52,480 bases of DNA from a virus (lineage: Duplodnaviria > Caudoviricetes). The notes beneath the pieces are model-generated. The model was given only the letters and a program-made list of their open reading frames with translations. It was not told the origin of the DNA and made no database searches. The stretch lies in the IMG/VR virus record IMGVR_UViG_3300023170_002258, positions 1-52,480 of that record, one strand, 5' to 3'. This document shows positions 26,634 through 36,600 of this stretch, piece by piece; the stretch's first letter is position 1, and the number at the start of each line of letters is the position of its first letter. A program made the translations under genes and the position numbers.

Positions 26634-27535
26634 AGCAGTACCTCTTTAAGATTTTCTTCTATTTTATCAAAGTGTCTGCTGATTGCACGTTTGTTCATGG
26701 CATGTAAATTATAGTCTGTATTTCGAGTAAGTATGTTTTTCCACTGTTCTTGTCTATTATGACTTAGCAATATCCAATCATTCATTCCTTTGATTTCAAT
26801 TATGTCATCTTTTTGATCCATGTTACGCATTGGTATTCCCATAAAATCATGCACATAAGATTCATTGTTATATCCATTTAACAAATGAGTAGCGATACTT
26901 ACACAAAAGTCTGTTCTAAATAATGCTGGTGGGAATTGATATAATAGTGCATAGTAGTTCCAGTTTTCTCTAACATGATTCCACGTATCAAAAAATATAC
27001 GACTTTCTTCACTTTGATCAAAGTAAACAACTGTACTCCACCAGTGATGTATGCCGCCGTCTGACAGTGTCATTTCGTTCATATAAGGACGTTGGTGTTC
27101 TAAATATATAGCATTGCGATGCATAGCTATCGGAATTTCAGTATCAAACAGATAGTCGTAAAAATTATTTTTAATAATATAATCTGTATCTAATAACAGT
27201 GTTTTTTCAAACGGAGTTAGATCAAATACTTCATGCTTATTACTATTTAAAAATGGTGCGCTAAACTCAGTCCATGGACTATCAAAATGTTTACGTGGAT
27301 TTACTTCATGTTCAACATCATCAATTACAATATGATCAAAACATGCATCATGCCATTTTTCGTCAATACTTTCTTTAAGCCACGCATAACCGCCTGTGTC
27401 TGTTATAAGACAAGTCATATTATTTTTCATGTTTGCTTTTACATAGCCTGCTGCAACATGTGCGAATCGGATATAATCTAATTGGCTATTGTTGTAAGCA
27501 AAAAAGCATGTGCCTTTTTCTTCTTCTTTTGCCAT
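26630..27535 (-). CDS. Putative GT-A (GT8-like) glycosyltransferase
   Basis: CLITD, LTPFEKTLLLDTDY (DxD), WSTVVYF, FRTDFCVSIA, LHAMNK; distant paralog of 25752..26633. Confidence 0.65.
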   Translation of the reverse strand: MAKEEEKGTCFFAYNNSQLDYIRFAHVAAGYVKANMKNNMTCLITDTGGYAWLKESIDEKWHDACFDHIVIDDVEHEVNPRKHFDSPWTEFSAPFLNSNKHEVFDLTPFEKTLLLDTDYIIKNNFYDYLFDTEIPIAMHRNAIYLEHQRPYMNEMTLSDGGIHHWWSTVVYFDQSEESRIFFDTWNHVRENWNYYALLYQFPPALFRTDFCVSIATHLLNGYNNESYVHDFMGIPMRNMDQKDDIIEIKGMNDWILLSHNRQEQWKNILTRNTDYNLHAMNKRAISRHFDKIEENLKEVLL

Positions 27536-27883
27536 TTACCAATCCATAATTTTTTTAATATTACGTGCTCGTTTAATTTTATCCATCTGAATCTTATATT
27601 CATTACTTGCTTCAGTGTACGCACTAATTAAAGAATCTTTAAAATCCGACAAATCTTCAATGACAATTGGATTTTCTTTTGTATCAATTACAATTGCACT
27701 ATCTTTATCTGATCTTAAAAGTGCATCTACAAAACTAATAGTTTTTTCATCCGCATAAAAAGCGCCGCCGCTATAATGAACAGCTTGCAGTACTTGCATA
27801 CGAGATCTGATATTTCTTTTTTGATTACTTAAGGTAGTACGATAATTTGCAAATTCGAGGGCTTTCTCGAGTCTCTCATCCAT
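27536..27883 (-). CDS. Hypothetical phage protein (115 aa), first gene of the island
   Basis: Clean ORF with an AAGGAGA ribosome-binding site and upstream promoter motifs; no functional motif recognised. Confidence 0.8.
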   Translation of the reverse strand: MDERLEKALEFANYRTTLSNQKRNIRSRMQVLQAVHYSGGAFYADEKTISFVDALLRSDKDSAIVIDTKENPIVIEDLSDFKDSLISAYTEASNEYKIQMDKIKRARNIKKIMDW

Positions 27884-27891
27884 AGTGAGTT

Positions 27892-27941
27892 TCTCCTTAT
27901 AATTAACTACTAATATAATATATTTAGTTATAAGATGTCAA
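27892..27941 (-). promoter_or_regulatory. Composite promoter: sigma70-like TTGACA-N18-TATATT with an embedded TAAATA late-like box, followed by an AAGGAGA ribosome-binding site
   Basis: Minus strand: TTGACA at 27941-27936, TAAATA at 27926-27921, TATATT at 27917-27912, AAGGAGA at 27898-27892. Confidence 0.65.
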
Positions 27942-27949
27942 GTGATTTT

Positions 27950-29143
27950 TTAGTTATCGTCTGGACCCATAAATCCATCGCCTACCACTGCTGGCACAGG
28001 ATCTGGTGTAACATCAAACGTACTTGTATTAACAGTAATAATATCAGGCATTAAATATCTAGGTGTTACTGTTAATGTTCCATCCATTACTTGTTCAAAT
28101 GCAGTATCGTCAAATACTAGTTTGAAATGTACTTCTTTTCCATCGTCGGCCCATTTGCCATATAATTTAAAATATCTATTAGCATAACTAGATAGTCTTT
28201 CATCGCCGGTTAGATATACAGTAGGACAATATGCAGTACTTGCTGTATGATATGCTGTAGCATATGCAGTCGCAGCAGGAAAATTCACAAACCAGGCAGG
28301 TACAGTTGATGCATAACCATATCCATAGCCATAACCATATGCTGATATTTGTTGTGTTACACCAGCACTAGTAAACAATAAACCTTCATCATCTACTATA
28401 CCGTCCGGGTCACTGCCGTCGCCATAACGATCAGTTAAGTGATAAAATCCTTTGCCTTCACTAGTACCCGGAGTAATATATCCCTCACTTTGATATGTAT
28501 TATTCCAAGTAAATGTAAGTATTCCAACTTCGTTTATAATGTCAGCCCAGTTAAAAAATCCTGCTGTGCAGCCACCTTCAAGTGAAAGATCTATTTGTAG
28601 CTGTCCTCCACCATTAAAGAAGTATCTTGCATCGTTATATGTATTCCAAGACCATTTGTGCTCACTTTCAATTTTTTTCCACCAAGGTGTATTTCTAGAA
28701 TGAATTCCTGCAGTTCCTTGTAGTAAACTAGCATTAGTCGGATCAACTGTAGTGTGCATATTATTAGGTAACACAATGTTAGTAAACTTATCGTGTACTA
28801 AATTTAAATCTTCTGCACGTATTAAGTATCTAGGTCTAACGTCTGTGCGTCCTTGTGGTACACTAAACACAAGTACATGATCTTCATATGTTACGTGATC
28901 TAACATAACATTAGTATGTTCAACTAATAGTTGTAATCTATCTGCTTCGATTAGTACACCAACAGGTACTTGGTCATCTATATTTGGTGCACCCCAACCA
29001 TACTTGTGTGTATCTATTCTATTTGCGTCTGTTACTAAAGATGCAGGATAGTTATCGCCAAATATTAAGTTTGCGATATCTGCTACATAGTTGTATTCTG
29101 CAGCGTATACTATATTGCCTGGATTGACTGGTACCAGTGCCAT
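27950..29143 (-). CDS. Putative virion structural protein (tail-fibre/baseplate associated) with a Tyr/Gly-rich segment
   Basis: Last gene of the baseplate block; beta-rich composition, ARYFFNGGG motif, YGYGYGYGY segment. The structural role is inferred from position. Confidence 0.55.
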   Translation of the reverse strand: MALVPVNPGNIVYAAEYNYVADIANLIFGDNYPASLVTDANRIDTHKYGWGAPNIDDQVPVGVLIEADRLQLLVEHTNVMLDHVTYEDHVLVFSVPQGRTDVRPRYLIRAEDLNLVHDKFTNIVLPNNMHTTVDPTNASLLQGTAGIHSRNTPWWKKIESEHKWSWNTYNDARYFFNGGGQLQIDLSLEGGCTAGFFNWADIINEVGILTFTWNNTYQSEGYITPGTSEGKGFYHLTDRYGDGSDPDGIVDDEGLLFTSAGVTQQISAYGYGYGYGYASTVPAWFVNFPAATAYATAYHTASTAYCPTVYLTGDERLSSYANRYFKLYGKWADDGKEVHFKLVFDDTAFEQVMDGTLTVTPRYLMPDIITVNTSTFDVTPDPVPAVVGDGFMGPDDN

Positions 29144-29144
29144 A

Positions 29145-30080
29145 TTATTTTGCTCCTACAACTACTTCAATTACGCCTTCGCCACCTTCATGGTCTTCTA
29201 ATGCTCTGCCAATTATTGTTCTATAATCTAATAAGTCCGTCGGTAATGCAGCCATTGCATGTCCGTGAATTAAACTGCTTACTAGTCTGTCACCTTTGCG
29301 TATTTTACCAGATACTTTACAAGGAACACGACCAGCAAGTGCTACATAAGGATGTGTTTCATCTGTACCTGCTGCAGCATTCATTTCAAAACCCGGATTA
29401 GTTGATATAACACCAAACACCTCAACATCTGCTCTTGAACCAGTTGGAATAATTTCATTGGGACCGCCAATTCTAACAACTGTACCTGGTTCTAATACTT
29501 CGTCTGCAGCATAACGTTCTGCAAGGTCAGCATATTCTGCAGTAGTTGCTGTGCCACGGAATTTAAAATCTGTTCTGTTGGTCATGTTAATACCAACTTG
29601 CATTACAGGAAAGTTTGCACTTAGTAGTGTTGTTCCATCTTCTGCAAATTCTGTATTTGCAGGTGTCCATGCACTAGTGTCTGACGTGCCATTATCGTCA
29701 TATGGACCTACAGTGATATGGTTAATAACACCTTCTACAATGTGTACTAAACATCTATGTGATCTGCCATTTGTATCAATGATGTTTCTGACTTCAATTC
29801 TTGTATCGCCGGTAAATCCAATTGGATACCACTGTCCATTGTCATAGATATATAAAATACTATCTGCGTTATCGTACCACAGTGTTCCTTCAACTGGATT
29901 AACAGGTGGTGTTGCACTAGCAAAGTTTTCTAGCAAGTTTAAAAAGTTTTCATTTACAAACTCACCGAACCTTGTAGTGTTTTTACCAATTAGTTTAACT
30001 GGAGTACTTGTATCTACTGTACCGTCATTAACTACAATTGGAGTTTTGTTTGGGTCGCTATGATTAATCGAATATGGCAT
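29145..30080 (-). CDS. Putative tail-fibre/baseplate attachment protein with a C-terminal intramolecular-chaperone-like (peptidase G2-type) domain
   Basis: N-terminal LIGKN...GE..NENFLNLLENFA...P..PVEG.LWYD; C-terminal ADLAERY...GVIST.P...VALAGRVPCKV.G.I.KGD.LVSS...IIGRALE. Confidence 0.65.
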   Translation of the reverse strand: MPYSINHSDPNKTPIVVNDGTVDTSTPVKLIGKNTTRFGEFVNENFLNLLENFASATPPVNPVEGTLWYDNADSILYIYDNGQWYPIGFTGDTRIEVRNIIDTNGRSHRCLVHIVEGVINHITVGPYDDNGTSDTSAWTPANTEFAEDGTTLLSANFPVMQVGINMTNRTDFKFRGTATTAEYADLAERYAADEVLEPGTVVRIGGPNEIIPTGSRADVEVFGVISTNPGFEMNAAAGTDETHPYVALAGRVPCKVSGKIRKGDRLVSSLIHGHAMAALPTDLLDYRTIIGRALEDHEGGEGVIEVVVGAK

Positions 30081-30092
30081 TGTTTTTTCCTA

Positions 30093-30665
30093 TTATACTT
30101 CACTGTATGTTGTTCTAATCCTTAATGTGTATACCACACTTATTTTTCTATTTGCACTCTTTTGCACAGGATGGAAGATAACATGTGTCAACATATCATT
30201 ATTTGCACTATAAACTGCTAGTTCGTCGAAAACATAATCGCTGTTCATATCTGTTGTAGTGTCCTCAACATCTTGTCCTGTTGGTGTATTATAATCTAGT
30301 GTGCTTGTCATTACAACGTCACTGTATACTGTTCCGTTTACGTGATTAACTGTTGTAGAATCTATAGCTTGTGTATATGTTTCATTATATAGTCCACTAG
30401 TAATAGAACCTGTATTTGGTGCTTTGTATGTTACAACACCAGCTCCGTCTATTAGTGTTCCTCCATTACCGTAAGCCATTGAAGCTACATTATGTGTTCC
30501 GTTTGCTCCGGATTGATTAGCTAAAAGATTAGCAATAGCAACACTCATATTTTCAAAGTGTATTGCGTTACGTCTTTTTACTAGTACTTCACCAGAATCT
30601 GCATCTTGAATTAACAAGTGGCCTTCAATGTTTACTAAGGATTTTTCAACTTGTGATAAACTCAT
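30093..30665 (-). CDS. Putative baseplate/tail-collar structural protein (190 aa)
   Basis: Position after the giant wedge gene; MAYGNGG, FDELAVY, LTHVIFHPVQKSANR...YTLRI pattern resembling fibre-attachment domains. Confidence 0.55.
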   Translation of the reverse strand: MSLSQVEKSLVNIEGHLLIQDADSGEVLVKRRNAIHFENMSVAIANLLANQSGANGTHNVASMAYGNGGTLIDGAGVVTYKAPNTGSITSGLYNETYTQAIDSTTVNHVNGTVYSDVVMTSTLDYNTPTGQDVEDTTTDMNSDYVFDELAVYSANNDMLTHVIFHPVQKSANRKISVVYTLRIRTTYSEV

Positions 30666-30686
30666 TTTCTTATTTCCATTATGTAC

Positions 30687-30694
30687 TATTTATA
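30687..30694 (-). promoter_or_regulatory. T4-type late promoter consensus TATAAATA
   Basis: Exact TATAAATA on the minus strand, overlapping the stop of the 3735-aa gene, 21 nt upstream of ATG 30665. Confidence 0.7.
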
Positions 30695-33600
30695 TCGTTC
30701 CGGCGCCTGCGTTTCTAATGAAACGGTGAACTGATTCTGTGCTACTAGAACTTAAACTAACACCTGGTTCATTGTAAGCTGAACGCAATGTATCTCTATA
30801 ATTTCCAAGTCTTTCCCTAACTGGCAACTCTACTTGCAACCCTGCGTCAACAACAGTATCTCCTGCAGTGTGTGCTATTGCACTAGTTCCTAGTGTGCCT
30901 CTGCGACAATAACGTAATGTATTTCCATCTCTTGCATCGTATGAGATTCTTTCAGTTCCTATCCAAATTATTCCTGAATCATTACCTAATACACTTGCAT
31001 CATCTACAGTTATAGTTGTATCACTTTCTGTGATATTATTCGATATTGTAGTTTTATTTGCATCAAGTATTACAATGCTTTCTTGAATATCAAAGTTTGT
31101 AAACATATTGATTTGGAAACTACGTGTATCTGCATCTTCTGTACTACCTGAAGCATTTGTTTGTACTCTAATTCTTACGTTCTCTAGTAAATCGAGTCCT
31201 ACAAGTTCTTCACCTATTCTTTCATATCCGGGTTGTATAAACTCATTACCGTCATATAATACTTCTACAGTAGATTCAGGAGTTAAAAATTCATATGAAA
31301 GGAAATCATCTCTGAAATAATCACTTTCGACATATCCTTCTTCTGCATAATCTTCTTCAACAATATCTTCAGTAAATGTACCACCAGATAATAACACATC
31401 GCCATTCCAATGTCTAGCATAATCATTCATCTGTATTGTTATCTCTGAGTCTCTGCTGACTTCTGATAACTCAACTGTTGCTGAATCCATTACAGTCGGA
31501 CGTTGCTCAAGTGTGTGTAATTTAGTATGGAACGGTTTAATATCTGCAAAATATTTTTCAATTGCTGTAGTGCTATGATGCTGATATGTTACAGGATCAA
31601 GAATTAAAGGATGATCTACACCCAACTTAACATAAGTTGTTTTGAATGCAAAGTCATCTGCAGTTCCTTCGATTACTGCTTGATATAAACATCTAAACCA
31701 TAACTTATTATACTTGTCTTTATGTTGTCCGATAAAGATTTTATCTCTAAACAAATCAAACAATAAATTAATAATGTTTGCAACACCACTGTCGTATCCA
31801 CTAATATCAAAACCTGCTGCGTCAAACCCGTGTCCAAACTTGCTCTCAAGCCATAGCTCATCGCTTAGTTCGATAGTGCCGTATTTTTTCCAACGTAAAC
31901 TAAATTCATCGTTTTCTTTGTACCACATCTCAGGTCTATTAATTCCGTCACTGTGACGACTATATTTAACATACACATAGCTTCCATTTGGAACATCTAT
32001 TACGTTAGCATTTGCTTGTCTACTTATAATTTCATCGACAGTATCTACTACAAAATCAGCTAATGTACTAGTATCGTGTTCGTATGTTAACTCTGCACAA
32101 TCGCTGTATTCACGATAAGTCCAGTCTACAAAATTCCAGTAATGTTCTAACTTATATTCAACTTCACCTTCTGTATATTTTGTATAGAAAATATCATCCC
32201 AACTTGTCATACTTGCTGTTACACAAATATCTTTAAGATAGTCATTTGCTGCATCAACAAAGTTTTGTCTTGCTGTTGTAATATCTCTGTATAAACTTTG
32301 TACAGGTCTTGTTAAATGACCATATCTATTAAACGGATGCAATCTTAAATCTGGTACAGGTTGTCCTCTCCAAACTTCAATATCTGTTGCTTCAGTTTCT
32401 GGAGGTAATATATAATTATAAATTTTTGCCCAATTATATTCTAATGTATCTGTAGTTGGATTTCCGCCTGTTACAGAATCTTTTAAGCAAATAAAGAATT
32501 CGTTATCTTTAATCACAACACTTTCTCTGTTGTAAACAGTTGTTGCGCTCCATTCGGTATATGTATATAAATCACGATAATTGTTATATCCTGCTAAACT
32601 ATCACGTATTTTAATATGCAAATATTCTGGAATAGTTTCTGCTGGGTCACACTCTGCAAGCAATGTCCATTCGTTAAGTGGCAAACTATTACTTTCGTAT
32701 ATTTGATTTATTTGTGTTACAGTATCGTTTGTTACAAACTTGTCAGCATTAGCTAATAAAAGTGTGTTACTTGTACTTGCTGCAGCCCACGCAATTTCTA
32801 AATCTTTAAAGTTAGTCATGATATTTGCTAACTGTAGTACGTTATAGTTGCGGATACCACTTGCCGATTGCTTATTTTTAACCCAGAAATAATAATTTGT
32901 TTCAGATCTATTTCTAACAGGATTGTAGTAAGTTTTTTCTGTCCAGTAGTATCTAATCTCACCGTCGATTATTACACTATATGGTTCTCCTGATGCAACA
33001 CTTCCGTCGATTACACCTCCGCTAGTTACTAACTGTTCGTATTCTTCTGGCATCACTGGACTGCGAATCCATTCATAAATTTCAATCTCAGAACCTGGGA
33101 ATAATCTACCCCATTGCTGTTGTTGATATTTTTCTGGACCTTGTTCGTAATCTAAGTATATACTTGTTGCAAGGTTCCACCAACGCTTTCCAATCCACGC
33201 ATCAGTCCATGCATCGTCGATTTCCTCATAACCGTTATAACTGTCATAGTTATATACTGCCATATCTGCTGTTGATTTAAATTCAATTTCGCTTTCTACA
33301 AAACTTGGAATAATACCTTTAGCCGGATCATATATTTCTAATGCTGTAATAAGTGTACGTCTGTTAGCATCATATAACTTAACATTTTCAATTAGATCGT
33401 TTCTTGCTTGTGTAGGAGCCGATCTTACTTTAACCCATTCGCCGTCATAGTGTCCACTAGTTAACGACCAGCCTCCTGTCCAACGATATACTGCTGGTGC
33501 ACCATTATCATCATCGACAAATGCATAAATCGGATCGCCGTTGCTACGTTTACTAGCAAAATTGTAATTAAATATTGCAGGATTATTGTCTACTAAAGGA

Positions 33601-36600
33601 TTTACTTTAAATGTATTAAAGTTTGCGATTAAATCTGCATAACTGCTAAATCTAACACTTCTTAGAGGATAAACATTACCGCTATTACCTTCTTGATTTA
33701 TATATTCATCGATATAAAACTGATTAGGATTATCCGTATCAATTCTAGTAACACGATGTACACCGTCAACACTTGGTGTAGTATTACTGCCGGCGATCAG
33801 TACATAATCTCCAACATTTAAATTATGAAAATGTTGTAAATCATTACTATAGTCTGCTGCAGCGATTGTAATTTGTGCTTCATCTGCATCAAAGTTTCCT
33901 TCACATGCTTTTGTAATATGGAATCCAAAATGCATAGATTGATAAACATTGTAACCTGCATTAATATTAGATTGCTCACTGTTGTCTGCAGCCCAAATAC
34001 TAAAAATAAATGGATCAATGTCTACTCTGCTAAATGTACTTTCTCCGTCACTGCCAAGTTCATTAAAGACATTACTAATAACACTTTGTGTTGCATAGTA
34101 AACTTGCGCTGTAATACCAAGTGTACTATTCGCTGTACCTTCTCCAATTGTCATTGTTTCGTTTGTACTAACAATTCTAAGTCTGTTATTACTATTACTT
34201 GCTGTAATTCCAGGCAAGCTAGCATTGTTTATAGAACTAATTGTATCTGTTAAATCACTAGTACGGTCTACACTAATAACTGTTACTGTAGCAGGTATTA
34301 CACCTTCAGTGATACCCACAAATGTATTTGCATTACCTGGTCCTACAAATAATGTAGATGCACTGCAAAGTATTTGTAATTGACCCGATGCTAATCCGAC
34401 TGCACTAATGTTAGGAATGTTTGCAGCATTGATTTGATTAACTACTTCCGATAGTGTTAGATCCGGTGTATCAATAATTGTAATACCACTACTGTTAATA
34501 GTTTGATTTGCTGTTGCAAAACCTACATCACTATTTGCACTTGCTGCACTAATAGTTAAACTAAACGGTTGTGACGTATCATTTGTAGTTTTTGTTACTA
34601 TCAGATTGCCGCCTGTAGTTTGTCCAGCTGTAACATTCGGAATACTAGCATTATTAATTTTTTGTATAATTTCTGTTAAGTTATAAACTTTTCCGCTAGT
34701 ACCAGTTTCTGTTGCAATTACTTCACTTGCAGCAAATGTACTAGAAGAATTGTTTACTGCAAAGTTTCTGATATTAGTAATATATGGTGCAGAATCTAAT
34801 GCGTTTTTAGTTGCTGTTGTGTCTGATGCTAATATTGTAAAAGGATCTGTATAAGAGTTATTAGTAATAGAATTTACTAGTTCCATATCATTATTCGCTA
34901 ATGCATCTAATTCACTATCAAACGATCCGCCATAGAACGATTGTAGCACTCCAAAATTTAATCCAGATGCATTTGAAAAATAAGATGCTAAGAATGAATC
35001 CCATGAACTTAAACCACTTGTGTTAATAAATGCTTGTCTTAGTGTTTCAATTGCAGATATTCTAGCACTAACAAGTGTAGATATTTGACTAGTATTTGTT
35101 ACAAACGTTGAATTAAATGCTTGTGTAAATCCTTGTTGTATTGTTACGTTAGTAACTGAACTCTCAGAGTCATCAAATGAAATTGTTACACCGTCGATAA
35201 TTAATTCTTTGCCACTAGTCGGTCCACCAGTGATCGTTGGATTAACTACTGTTCCTGTTTTAGTTACATCTTGGAATACAATATTCGAAACTTCGTTATC
35301 AAACACAAGTGTTTGATTAACACTACTACTTTGACCTAGTATTAGTGTAGACCCATGCGGAACGCCAGATGTGTTTAAATTTTCTGTTCCTGTTAGTTCA
35401 ATAGTATTAAGTGTTGTACTTTCACTTGTTCGCTGAATCGTAACTACTGTTCCGTCAATTGAAATAGTTTGTCCGTCACTTGGAATAATAGGCAGTGAAT
35501 TTCTGCCAATAACTTCAATTGGATCGTTTGGTCTTTGTAGTCCACTTGATCCGTCTGGGTCACGCATTCTCCAAACATAGCCTTCTTGTATAACTTTGTC
35601 GTTGAATTTATAAGCTACACGATTATTCCATGCATCAACTTCTTGCCAGTCTCCGCTAAAGTCATATGCAGTTTTGTTTTCTACAGGAAATGCTGTAAAG
35701 TCTTCTTTGTTTATTACTCTATAGTCTGTTTCTGTTAATAATGGTAAGCCAGCAGTTACAAAATCATTTTCAAATTGATCCATGTCTGCTAAAGACTGTG
35801 TATTGTATTTTTTTGCAGCTCTAGTTCTAAACACATTTTCTGTAGAACCAGTAACTAATAAATTACTAGTAGGATCTATGTTAATGATATCTTCTGTAAT
35901 AATATCGCTAACATCATCTGCATGAAATTGCACAACTTGCGGACTAGTTGATAAAATGTCTGTATTAAGTTCAAACTCTACAGTATCTCTACTTCTGATA
36001 TCACCAAAGTCTGCTGTACGCAATGCCCACATTTCATATAAGTTTGCATCAGCTTGTCCGCCGAGCATACTTGTATTTCTCATAAATGCATTAAGTCCAA
36101 ATTTAGTACCTCTGTATTTTCTTGTACTTTTTGTAAAGTTGAATACAGTGTCGTTGTCTAAATTTAAATATTCGCTCCACTGCGGTTTATTATAACCAAC
36201 GTTAAATCTAGCAGTATCAGTCATTTGTGTATTATTAACACCTGCACTAGATTCGTTAAAGTATTCTAGTGTACTATTTGCTGTAGTATCAAAGTTATCG
36301 ATAATTGTATTATTGTTTACAAGATATCCAGGTGTATATAGTTTACCGTTCCAATCTTTTGTACGTGCACCTTTCCAAATAACACGCAAATGTCTTTGAC
36401 CTATTTCTGGTTTATAGATAACATCGTCAAAATCTGTTTCATTGTCAACAACAAGTACATGTTCTAGTTCAACACGGTATAAACGAAGTCCAAGTATATT
36501 TGTATCATCTGACTTTGTTTCAATTGTTGTAATAGGATCTTCCGAAGAGTTGATAGGTCTACTAACTACAATTTTGTTAGCAGGTACAGCACTACCTGTT

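Noticed and set aside
209-27535. Interpretation as a bacterial O-antigen/capsule locus next to a prophage, T6SS or eCIS
   Set aside because: No flippase, polymerase, ABC exporter or other membrane protein is visible; the genes share strand, overlaps and TAAATA boxes with the tail module; the giant wedge and T4-like late box fit a large lytic phage. A chimeric assembly cannot be fully excluded.
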